In this document: one piece after another, positions 17,858-26,119 of the stretch
How the letters are laid out: each line of letters opens with the position of its first letter
Position numbering within the stretch: the first letter of the stretch is position 1
From: Candidatus Woesearchaeota archaeon
GTDB lineage: Archaea; Nanobdellota; Nanobdellia; Woesearchaeales; UBA9642
Assembly (NCBI GenBank): GCA_041658255.1
Contig: JBBAAQ010000001.1
Coordinates: 9,874-73,873, forward strand
Direction of reading: 5' to 3'
DNA length: 64,000 nt
Made by a program: the position numbers and the translations under genes
Notes under the pieces: generated by a model
Seen by the model: only the letters and a program-made list of their open reading frames with translations
Databases searched by the model: none
Told to the model about the DNA's origin: nothing

Positions 17858-18412
17858 CTACTTAAGGAATAATTGAAATAAACCGCTCATAATAATAAGT
17901 ACTACAAAGGTAAGGATAATCCCCTGATAGGGAACCATTTTTTCCTTTCGATAGTGTGTGAGCTGCTTACTCAACCAGGGTGTAATACATAATACTGCGC
18001 CGCCCACAATACTCCCTACGAGGAATTTACTAAAAATATATGTTCTGTTAAATAGCGAACCATAATCCCCGCCCCAAGAGATAAATATTGCATAATAATC
18101 CTGGATGAGTACCATGACAGGAATGATGGTCAACAGATAGGAGGAAATGATGAGTATCGGTTTTTGATAGGGGATATATTGTTTTTTTAGTCTATTTGCA
18201 ATCCACCACCCCATAGATACTGCAAATGCGCCAATAAATATTCCGACAATCGCGTTACTTACTCCTAATGCACTCGCACCTGCAGCAGCAGCGACAGCCC
18301 CCATCGTGCAAAGTGGGCAATGGGCAGATACTGATGGTAAGGCGATTATAGATACCAGTACTAACGCCATTCCACCAAATACTATTCCAATATCACTTAT
18401 GCTTTTTCTCAT
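17858..18412 (-). CDS. Polytopic membrane protein with CPLC after the signal sequence, function unknown
   Basis: 184 aa. ...ALPSVSAHCPLCTMGAVAAAAGA, about 5 helices, and one further Cys (AVLCITPW). Confidence 0.5.
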   Translation of the reverse strand: MRKSISDIGIVFGGMALVLVSIIALPSVSAHCPLCTMGAVAAAAGASALGVSNAIVGIFIGAFAVSMGWWIANRLKKQYIPYQKPILIISSYLLTIIPVMVLIQDYYAIFISWGGDYGSLFNRTYIFSKFLVGSIVGGAVLCITPWLSKQLTHYRKEKMVPYQGIILTFVVLIIMSGLFQLFLK

Positions 18413-18427
18413 AGTATAATCCGCTAT

Positions 18428-18940
18428 CTATATACGCATAAACTCTGAAGTGCTACTGTCCTTATGTATTGCATAGATAACAAAATCTCCTGATTTTGAT
18501 CCCGGCATTCCTGGACTGCCTGAAGGCATTCCTGGCATTGCGATTCCTACAATATTAGGCTTTTCTGATAACAATTTATTTATTGCTTCTATAGGAACAT
18601 GTCCTTCAATAACATAATCTCCAATAACCGTGGTATGGCAACTCTCCATATCTTTTGGTATATGATATTGATTTTTTGTTTCGGCAATATCTGTTACATC
18701 TGTTACCTGTATTCGATCACCAACAGCATTCTTTAAATAATTCACATAAACGCCGCAACAACCGCATTGCATGGATTTATATAATTGTACAGGGTCTGAT
18801 CCGGCCTTGAGCACATTAGGATATGTCGGGATATTTTTTGCCGGTTTAAGAATTGTTCCAATCCCTATTGCTATTACTATCGCTGCAACAACAAATAGTA
18901 TTCCTATTGTTATGTATGTATTTTTTTTATTTTTTTTCAT
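18428..18940 (-). CDS. DUF411 (CopG-like) metal-binding protein, membrane-anchored
   Basis: MQCGCCGVYVNYLKN...SCHTTVIGDYVIEGHVPIEAINKLL...GIAMPGMPSGSPGMPG. GGGAGG SD before ATG 18940 (track start 18982). Confidence 0.85.
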   Translation of the reverse strand: MKKNKKNTYITIGILFVVAAIVIAIGIGTILKPAKNIPTYPNVLKAGSDPVQLYKSMQCGCCGVYVNYLKNAVGDRIQVTDVTDIAETKNQYHIPKDMESCHTTVIGDYVIEGHVPIEAINKLLSEKPNIVGIAMPGMPSGSPGMPGSKSGDFVIYAIHKDSSTSEFMRI

Positions 18941-18975
18941 AGGTATCGTCCTCCCTTTATTTCTTTTATATGGTT

Positions 18976-19470
18976 TTACCATGAATACACCCTATTCATT
19001 ATGCGTGGAATAGTGGTGATTGTTATATTGAATTTTGTTAATTCTTTATCTACAGTAAAAACGATTTTTCCACTACTGTGATGTCCGCTCAATTCAGGAA
19101 CAGTGGATGGATATACTTGTTTATTATCATATGCAAGTGTGATAACTTTAGTAAGATCGACGGTATCCAGATTTACAGAATGTGTGTTTAACGTAAAATC
19201 CACTATCAATTGATTATTCTGTACAGACTGTGGTTTAAGAGCAATCTCTACATCATTCGTATCAGTCGTACCTAATGTAATTGCCTGAAACGGGGAGTTG
19301 CTTGTTGTCGCGGTTGTTATTGCAGGTGAATTAGTGGTAGTGGTCTGTTTCTCAGTAATTTTTGGAGTTGAAAATACTCCAAGTAACAGGATGAGTGCAG
19401 CAATGCCAATACTAACAATGACGACTATTATTACAATGGTTTTTTGTTTTTTTTCTATGAGTTCATTCAT
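18976..19470 (-). CDS. Membrane-anchored extracytoplasmic beta-domain protein, function unknown
   Basis: N-terminal TM, Thr-rich linker, and a beta-rich C-terminal domain containing ...ELSGHHSSGKIVF. Confidence 0.5.
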   Translation of the reverse strand: MNELIEKKQKTIVIIVVIVSIGIAALILLLGVFSTPKITEKQTTTTNSPAITTATTSNSPFQAITLGTTDTNDVEIALKPQSVQNNQLIVDFTLNTHSVNLDTVDLTKVITLAYDNKQVYPSTVPELSGHHSSGKIVFTVDKELTKFNITITTIPRIMNRVYSW

Positions 19471-19508
19471 GATTATCGCCCTTTATTTTTTTTATATTTT
19501 TATTTTTT

Positions 19509-20093
19509 TTATGTATATACCATAAACGCAGTAATGATGATTATCCCGCCAACAATTGCGTTTGCATACAGTATGCTTTTCAAATCAACACGATTCATCC
19601 ATGAAAACAAATAATTTTTTGCAGATGAATGTTTTTGCAGATGATAGAGCATCATGTTAATCCCGAAAATATTTGATACAATTCCCGTAATGAGAAATGC
19701 GGTTTGATATGTATCGATAAATGGTGTTATCGCAGTTAATCCTAATACGGGCAATACGTCAGATACGTGATGTACGCAGCAAGTGATCATCGAAGCACTC
19801 GATACTCCACTTGTCGCAGTTATTTGCGCGGTTGCACTATTAATTTTTGCGAGTGTTCGCGCATAAGAATATAATCCTACTTGTATCCCGAATCCTATGA
19901 TGAGTGGGGTCATCCAATACCATAATGTGATAAATTGATCTATGGCATGACTAAAAGAGTTTGCCAAGGAGAGTATAATCAAATAGACACTAAGTAAGGA
20001 TACGCCGGCTATAATGCCAATACCAACACTTTTGAGGCGATATTTGGAAGCGTCACTAAGGGGATTAATCCGTACTTGTGTCTGATCTTTCAT
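19509..20093 (-). CDS. Polytopic membrane protein with an intramembrane CCVHH motif, function unknown
   Basis: AAGGAGA SD before ATG 20093 (track start 20144 is TTG). SASMITCCVHHVSDVLPVLG lies in a helix. Confidence 0.5.
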   Translation of the reverse strand: MKDQTQVRINPLSDASKYRLKSVGIGIIAGVSLLSVYLIILSLANSFSHAIDQFITLWYWMTPLIIGFGIQVGLYSYARTLAKINSATAQITATSGVSSASMITCCVHHVSDVLPVLGLTAITPFIDTYQTAFLITGIVSNIFGINMMLYHLQKHSSAKNYLFSWMNRVDLKSILYANAIVGGIIIITAFMVYT

Positions 20094-20128
20094 AACATTC
20101 TCCTTGGCAACATACTCTGGCAATAGGC

Positions 20129-20212
20129 CTATGAGCAGCAGCAACCACCTTTTTTTTGTTTCTTGCGCGATTCACTTTTTTTGCAACAATCGTTTTTTTC
20201 TTGCTTCGCCAT
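20129..20212 (-). CDS. Unannotated 27-aa Lys/Cys-rich peptide at the head of the operon (speculative)
   Basis: Hand translation: MAKQEKNDCCKKSESRKKQKKGGCCCS. AGGGGG SD 6-7 nt upstream. A cttataaa TATA-like box lies about 70 nt upstream on the minus strand. Confidence 0.3.
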   Translation of the reverse strand: MAKQEKNDCCKKSESRKKQKKGGCCCS

Positions 20213-20382
20213 TTGAACCCCCTTCTTTTTCGTACATACTTAAGGTATAGTAGTTATTTTATCCTGTTATATTAACACCTACCTCATTTATAAGCTCGAT
20301 TCAATGTTAGTGAAAAATTAGTGAAAATACCATTTTTTGGTAATTAAAAAGATTTTTAAATAAATACCCGCTTCAGACATCA

Positions 20383-22140
20383 ATGATGCAATATATTCGT
20401 AAGAATTATAATACTATCGCACTTGTAGTAATATTCGTGTCACTCGTTATGGCGGGATTACTCAGCTTTACAAATACAAATTCATTTCTCAATCTTGAAC
20501 AACAATTACAATCCCAATGGCTGGAACAACAACGGATTGAAACAAATTATGTCTCATCCCAAATTGCAAATGAGATACACCAAATAAAGATGGAGCTTAT
20601 TGCATTAACACTTTCGCCCCAACTACTCCATATATCTAATACCACTGCATGCGCTGGGGATTTAGGGTCATTACATACACGGCTTGGTGGACGGATACAA
20701 TCATTATTTAGAACTGATGCATTAGGGACTGTTATTGAGTGCTCGCCGCAACAATACCAGTCGCAACTCGGAATTAATGTTCAAAATAAGGATTATTATA
20801 AGATACCGGTACGAACCCGGGCAGTATATGCCTCAGGACTCGTCGGTGAAGGTGCAGAATCAGAAATTATTATTTCCGCACCAATTTTTGAGTCAGAAGA
20901 ATTAGGCCCCTATCCTAACACTGAGGGAAGATTTTTAGGGATATATTTTAGTATCATTAAAATTCCTGATCTTTATTTAAAGTATGTTCATCCGGTAACA
21001 ACCGAAAAACAAAAATATTACATTCTTGTCGATATTAAAAAAGAATTTATTATACAACAAAACAGTAATTTTAGTTCTGTAGAGGAAATACGTAAACAAA
21101 TAGGTGAGATTGCACAGGAACGCAGCACCTTTATGGATATGAAGGCGTATGGCCGAACGATTGTAACATCTGCAAATATTGTTTTTGATGATCAGAATTG
21201 GGTGATTATTGTTTTTACGCCACTGAACACACTTACCCGGGAAACACAGCGTATACATGTTCGGCATTATATCGAACTCTTCATAACATTTTTTATCCTG
21301 GTATTGATGATTGTATACTTGTTTTTTCTCTACCGTTCCAGGCAATCAATACACTCGCAACTTATGAAAGCAAATATTACTCTCAAGAAACTCGGTATTA
21401 AAACAGACATCGAAACGAATCTTTACGCGCAAACCGATACGGATTTACAAGACGGGAATGTGTATTTGGTGCGTGATGAAGATGAAAATCAGGCGCATGA
21501 ACTTTTCATTAGTACATTAAATAAAGGATATACAGGTTTAGGGTTTATACGGGAGGATCCGAATATCTTCAAGAAAAAGTATAATTTGTATAAAACAGCA
21601 CTTATTTGGCTGAGTAAAATTTCCGTTGAGAATGTACATTCGGAAACAAATAGTGATACTATTTTTAGTGTTATCGCGGAATTTATTACCACATCCAAGA
21701 AAAATGTGATTCTTATTGATCGGTTAGATTTTCTTATGGCAGAAAATAATCCTACCCGCGTGATACAAATGATTCAGCATATTAAAGATATCGCATCCAA
21801 TCATAATACCATCATTATCGTCGGATTGAAAGAAGGAATTATTTCGAAAGAGTATGTTCACTTACTCGAGGCAGAAACCGTTGATTTATTTGGGAAAGAG
21901 CTAACAAGAAATACCGTCTTATCTGATCAAGAATCGGCGATATTATCTTTTGTTAATCAACACAACATCTATAATCAGCTTGTCTCTTACAAAGATATCA
22001 CTAAACAATTTAATATTACCAAGCCAACAACACGTGTGAGGATATCTCAATTGCAAAAGACCGGACTCATCACTATCGAACATCGTGGACGATTTAAATC
22101 AATAAAAATAACTTCTTCAGGAAGGAAATTTGTTAAATAA
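20383..22140 (+). CDS. Membrane sensor-regulator: extracytoplasmic domain, DUF835-like domain and C-terminal winged HTH
   Basis: Two TM helices flank a ~270-aa loop. NVYLVRDEDENQAHELF...GLGFIRE...VILIDRLDFLM...IIIVGL matches the DUF835 pattern. The C-terminus ...ITKPTTRVRISQLQKTGLITIEHRGRFK is wHTH-like. Confidence 0.6.
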   Translation: MMQYIRKNYNTIALVVIFVSLVMAGLLSFTNTNSFLNLEQQLQSQWLEQQRIETNYVSSQIANEIHQIKMELIALTLSPQLLHISNTTACAGDLGSLHTRLGGRIQSLFRTDALGTVIECSPQQYQSQLGINVQNKDYYKIPVRTRAVYASGLVGEGAESEIIISAPIFESEELGPYPNTEGRFLGIYFSIIKIPDLYLKYVHPVTTEKQKYYILVDIKKEFIIQQNSNFSSVEEIRKQIGEIAQERSTFMDMKAYGRTIVTSANIVFDDQNWVIIVFTPLNTLTRETQRIHVRHYIELFITFFILVLMIVYLFFLYRSRQSIHSQLMKANITLKKLGIKTDIETNLYAQTDTDLQDGNVYLVRDEDENQAHELFISTLNKGYTGLGFIREDPNIFKKKYNLYKTALIWLSKISVENVHSETNSDTIFSVIAEFITTSKKNVILIDRLDFLMAENNPTRVIQMIQHIKDIASNHNTIIIVGLKEGIISKEYVHLLEAETVDLFGKELTRNTVLSDQESAILSFVNQHNIYNQLVSYKDITKQFNITKPTTRVRISQLQKTGLITIEHRGRFKSIKITSSGRKFVK

Positions 22141-22448
22141 GTATGAAAAGAGTTTTTCCCTTTCTTTTCACTAATATTTATCCTTATTTATATACAAGAG
22201 TGTTCTCATAATTATTACGAAAATGGTTATGGTGACTCAACAACAGTGCGTTGTGAACAATTTGATGTTTCGCGAAAATTTTTTTTATTTTATGTATAGC
22301 AAATTCAAAATAATGGAACATCTCGCGAGATTTGTTATCACACGCAGTATTTATAGCAAAGCATTGAGCAATAATATGTTGTTGTGCAATAATTGTTAAA
22401 TAATATAATAGGTATCATTGAAAGGTATCATTGAAGGGAGGAATAAAT

Positions 22449-23294
22449 ATGTCAAATAGCGATACTAGGCAACACGTGCATAAACATCAGGATATTTCTG
22501 TTGAGGAAAATGTGGAAAAAGAAAAACATTCCAAAACACAGACCTCTCACATACCTCACAACACTTATTTACCGATAGAGGGAAAAGAAAAGACTGCGAT
22601 AATGATTATCGGGGTAATTGAATTATTATTATTCTTTTCTGCAAGTATGATTATATATAATCAGTTTCAGATAGCAACAATTTCAGGATCATTATCTGGT
22701 TCTGGCGGTCATAATATGGGATCCATGGGATTTTCGAGAAGTGCGAGTCTTGAAGGCATCGATATCAGTACTATTAAATCAACTGCGCAGACAGTAGGAA
22801 CTGTATTTCCTGTATCTGAATGGAAAACGCAGGATGATGTCATTGCAGCAATGCTCCCATCAGGAACTCCCGAATATGGAGATGCACTTGGCGTAAGCTT
22901 CGATAGACCTGAAGAATCTCTACAGATACTTGCACAAATGTTTGAACCCCTCAAAGCGCAGGTAAAAAATAATAATCCTCAGGCATATGAACGGTGGCTT
23001 AACATGGCATCGAATCCAATGGGAATGTCATGCGAATTTTGTTGTGGCGTAGGACCGATAGCTGTTGATAAGAATGGAAATTTAAAATGTGGTTGCCAGC
23101 ACATTCCGGCACTTAATTCAGTTGGATTATGGTTAGCTGCAAATACTGATTATAGCGATGGTGAGATCCTAAGGGAGGTCATGCGGTGGAAGACGATGTT
23201 TTTCCCGCAAAAAATGGTTGCACTGGGTGCAAGCTTAACAGGAGCAGATGCTCAAACAGTGGGTCAGCTTCCGGGCATGGTCGGCGGATGTTAA
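22449..23294 (+). CDS. Membrane-anchored exported Cys-cluster protein ending in LPGMVGGC
   Basis: GGGAGG SD before ATG 22449. One TM helix. SCEFCCGVGPIAVDKNGNLKCGCQH cluster. C-terminal QLPGMVGGC. Confidence 0.55.
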   Translation: MSNSDTRQHVHKHQDISVEENVEKEKHSKTQTSHIPHNTYLPIEGKEKTAIMIIGVIELLLFFSASMIIYNQFQIATISGSLSGSGGHNMGSMGFSRSASLEGIDISTIKSTAQTVGTVFPVSEWKTQDDVIAAMLPSGTPEYGDALGVSFDRPEESLQILAQMFEPLKAQVKNNNPQAYERWLNMASNPMGMSCEFCCGVGPIAVDKNGNLKCGCQHIPALNSVGLWLAANTDYSDGEILREVMRWKTMFFPQKMVALGASLTGADAQTVGQLPGMVGGC

Positions 23295-23321
23295 TGGTTT
23301 ACACATAAGGAGATGGTTACA

Positions 23322-23537
23322 ATGAGAAAACAACTTTTAGCAGCGGTACTGTTAATTGCACTTGGTGGAATTTTGTTAACAGGATGCAGTTCAGAAAAGA
23401 GCTCTACAGATGCTCCTGCAAATAATCAGCAGTATCAGGGCAGGGGTGGATGTGTAACAGGTGCTCCTCCAGCAATTGTCAGTGATACGCCTATGGCGCA
23501 TGTCGATGTATCAATGAGTACACAAGACGCAGCATAG
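23322..23537 (+). CDS. Small lipoprotein (lipobox LLTGC)
   Basis: MRKQLLAAVLLIALGGILLTGCSSEK. AAGGAG SD 9 nt upstream of ATG 23322. Confidence 0.5.
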   Translation: MRKQLLAAVLLIALGGILLTGCSSEKSSTDAPANNQQYQGRGGCVTGAPPAIVSDTPMAHVDVSMSTQDAA

Positions 23538-23586
23538 TGGACTCTTTCAGATCGAGGAGTGGCAATAACTTAAACAACGAGAAAAA

Positions 23587-24345
23587 ATGACAACTCCAAT
23601 AATCCTTGATGAGGAGCATGCAAATGAAGAGCGGTTTCTCACTAAATCAGAGAGGAAAAAACTCAAAAAACAAGAGCATCAACAGATGCGTAGAGATGCT
23701 CATAAAGTCTCAAGCCGTAAACGAATACTAAGCTATGTTGTGTCAGGAATTATTGCCCTTATCGTAGTGGCAGGCATTATTTATATTGGAACGCTTTTTT
23801 CAAAATTCAAGGCACCTACTGCCGAAGGTGAACCAATGCTTGGGTCGCCTGATGCGGTACTCACAATTATTGAATTCGGGGATTATCAATGTCCCTATAC
23901 CAAACAATTCAATTTAGATATTGCTCCACGATTACTTGCAGCGTATAATGGAACAGTACGAATAGTGTTTAAGGATATGATTACAGGAAAACATATTAAT
24001 TCCGATATTTCCGCAGAAGCGGCTGAATGTGCAGATGACCAGGGAAAGTATGATGCGTATCAGCAAATACTATTTTCGCGGCAGGGAACTGCAACGTTTA
24101 TCACGTTAAAAAGATATGCGGCAGAGATAGGACTTGATACTGCTCGTTTTGATGAATGTCTTGATTCGAGAAAATATAAATCAGAAGTGAAGGATGATAC
24201 TGCGGAAGGAAGAGGTGCGCAAGTGGGAGAGACCCCCACTTTATTTATTGACGGAGCAAAAATGAATGGCATATTTACTTTTAATGAGTATAAGGCAGTT
24301 ATTGACCAGGCACTTGCAAGAAAATTATCTCAAAAGAATAATTGA
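23587..24345 (+). CDS. DsbA-family thiol:disulfide oxidoreductase, membrane-anchored
   Basis: N-terminal TM. DAVLTIIEFGDYQCPYTKQF (CPYT active site). C-terminal TPTLFIDGAKM cis-Pro region. Confidence 0.85.
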   Translation: MTTPIILDEEHANEERFLTKSERKKLKKQEHQQMRRDAHKVSSRKRILSYVVSGIIALIVVAGIIYIGTLFSKFKAPTAEGEPMLGSPDAVLTIIEFGDYQCPYTKQFNLDIAPRLLAAYNGTVRIVFKDMITGKHINSDISAEAAECADDQGKYDAYQQILFSRQGTATFITLKRYAAEIGLDTARFDECLDSRKYKSEVKDDTAEGRGAQVGETPTLFIDGAKMNGIFTFNEYKAVIDQALARKLSQKNN

Positions 24346-24465
24346 GAGGAATTGTGTGAATATCGGGCGTGAATATGTACGCAGGGTATATATACAATTA
24401 TGTGATGAATAGTTATTGACAAATATTACAGTCTAGTATACTATTTGAATAGGGAGGTAAGAAAT

Positions 24466-24681
24466 ATGAAAAATGGCGTATTAATAAGTTTAGTGGTGAT
24501 TTTAGGGATATTATTGGTTTTTTCTGCAGTTCAGGCAGTACAATTAAACTCCTTAAAGTCAGCCGTAGAAAATAACAAATTATCTGTTAAAGGTTCAAGT
24601 ATCTCAGCATCGACAACACCAAATAATATACCTGCACCGGCAACTCCGAAGAATTTACCCTCAATGGTTGGTGGGTGTTAA
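24466..24681 (+). CDS. Small exported protein ending in LPSMVGGC
   Basis: GGGAGG SD before ATG 24466. Signal/anchor MKNGVLISLVVILGILLVFSAVQA. C-terminal NLPSMVGGC. Confidence 0.5.
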   Translation: MKNGVLISLVVILGILLVFSAVQAVQLNSLKSAVENNKLSVKGSSISASTTPNNIPAPATPKNLPSMVGGC

Positions 24682-24790
24682 AAGAAGGTGTTAGGGAAGT
24701 AGAACGTATGGTGGAGATTAATTTTTTTATTTTTGCATACTATTTGTGTGTGTAGATAATTTGTTTAAATGATTTATCAATAGATAGTAT

Positions 24791-25960
24791 ATGGGTGGCT
24801 TTATGGAAGAAAAAAAATTACAACTAAAAAAAAATAAAAATAGTAGCGTTTATTATACGCTGATGAGTATTATTGGTATATTCTTGATTGCAATCGCGAT
24901 ATTTAATACCACACAAATAGTTACTCTTAATAACTCTCTTACGACAAAACTTGCTGAGATTGCAGAAAATGCACGACCTGCAAACCTTACACTTGCAATT
25001 ATTTCGGCCCGGTGCACTATTTGTTCTGATATCACACCTGTTGTATCTGAACTGAGTGCTCTTAAAAGTATAAATATTGTCGATCGACAGGAGATTCAGC
25101 CTGATTCTGCGCAAGCAAAAGAACTCATACGCACATACGCGATTAATGCATTGCCGGCAATTATTATTACTGGAGAGATCAATAAAACATCTGTATTAAA
25201 GACCGCTCTTTCAGGAGCATTGCGTGAAAAAAATGGCGCATTACTTTTTGATAGTCCTGCTCCTCCATTTATTAATTTATTAACCAATAAAATAGTCGGT
25301 AGTGTAAAAGTAACAATAGTAGAGACCGTCGGGTGTATTGCATGTCAAAATCTTTCAATCATGCTTTTCCAATTAAAAAAAGCAGGAATTTATTTTGAAG
25401 ATGTTACGTTATTAGATTATGAGAGTGCTAAAGCAAAAACACTCGTTAATACCTACAGTATCACTAAACTACCTGCAGCAATATTAAGCGCGGATTTAGA
25501 AGCATATCCTTCAATTACTGCAACATGGTCGCAGATAGGTACTCTTGAGAAAGATGGATCCTATATCATTAGAGAGGTACCTGCACCATATTATGATTTG
25601 ACCAAGCAAGCAGTGGCAGGTATCGTAAATGTGGTATATCTCAAGGATAATCTTTGCGACACGTGTTATGATGTTGAACAATTCCATTCATCTGCATTGA
25701 AAGGACTCGGATTATACATCCGCGGGAGCAGTAGTGTAGATATCAATAGTGTTCAAGGAAAGGAATTAGTGGATAAATATGCTATTACAAAAATCCCGAC
25801 TGTGTTACTGAGCGGAGACGTGGGCGTATATGCTGCATTTGGCAAAATATGGCCCCAGGTCGGAACAGTGGCGAGTGATGGAACATATATCTTCCGTAGT
25901 GTCGAGATTGCAAAAAGACCCTATAGGGACCTTACTACTGGAGAAATCATTACGCCTTAA
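24791..25960 (+). CDS. Membrane-anchored protein with three tandem thioredoxin-like modules, each with a CxxC
   Basis: N-terminal TM. Three ~110-aa repeats carry CTIC, CIAC and CDTC, each followed by ...Y(A/S)I(N/T)(A/K)(L/I)P(A/T)... (RTYAINALPAIIITGE, NTYSITKLPAAILSAD, DKYAITKIPTVLLSGD). Confidence 0.6.
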   Translation: MGGFMEEKKLQLKKNKNSSVYYTLMSIIGIFLIAIAIFNTTQIVTLNNSLTTKLAEIAENARPANLTLAIISARCTICSDITPVVSELSALKSINIVDRQEIQPDSAQAKELIRTYAINALPAIIITGEINKTSVLKTALSGALREKNGALLFDSPAPPFINLLTNKIVGSVKVTIVETVGCIACQNLSIMLFQLKKAGIYFEDVTLLDYESAKAKTLVNTYSITKLPAAILSADLEAYPSITATWSQIGTLEKDGSYIIREVPAPYYDLTKQAVAGIVNVVYLKDNLCDTCYDVEQFHSSALKGLGLYIRGSSSVDINSVQGKELVDKYAITKIPTVLLSGDVGVYAAFGKIWPQVGTVASDGTYIFRSVEIAKRPYRDLTTGEIITP

Positions 25961-25991
25961 CGCAGCATCATCTTTCGTAAATATACACTGA

Positions 25992-26011
25992 TTTTTTTTT
26001 AATTTTTTTTT
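25992..26011 (+). terminator. Oligo-T termination signal (T9-AA-T9)
   Basis: tttttttttaattttttttt lies 32 nt after the stop at 25960. Oligo-dT tracts are the known archaeal termination signal. Confidence 0.45.
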
Positions 26012-26119
26012 ATACTCTCTTATGAAAATCAGTTTAATGTACAACGGTGTGAGCGAGATATTGACGCGGTGTAAGTCACGCAATTTGACTTTATCCGTCC
26101 GTAGTAGATTCAGAATGCA

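Noticed and set aside
24416-24442. Bacterial sigma70-like promoter TTGACA-N15-TATACT upstream of 24466.
   Set aside because: The host is archaeal by gene content, the spacer is short, and such hexamers arise easily in AT-rich DNA.
22449-24681. CAAX-style prenylation and ICMT methylation of the MVGGC tails, using the ICMT-like (6496..7119) and prenyltransferase-repeat (58174..59397) genes.
   Set aside because: Both proteins have N-terminal signals that place the tail outside the cell. The tail ends at Cys with no AAX. The candidate enzymes are unlinked and lack recognisable catalytic motifs for this reaction.
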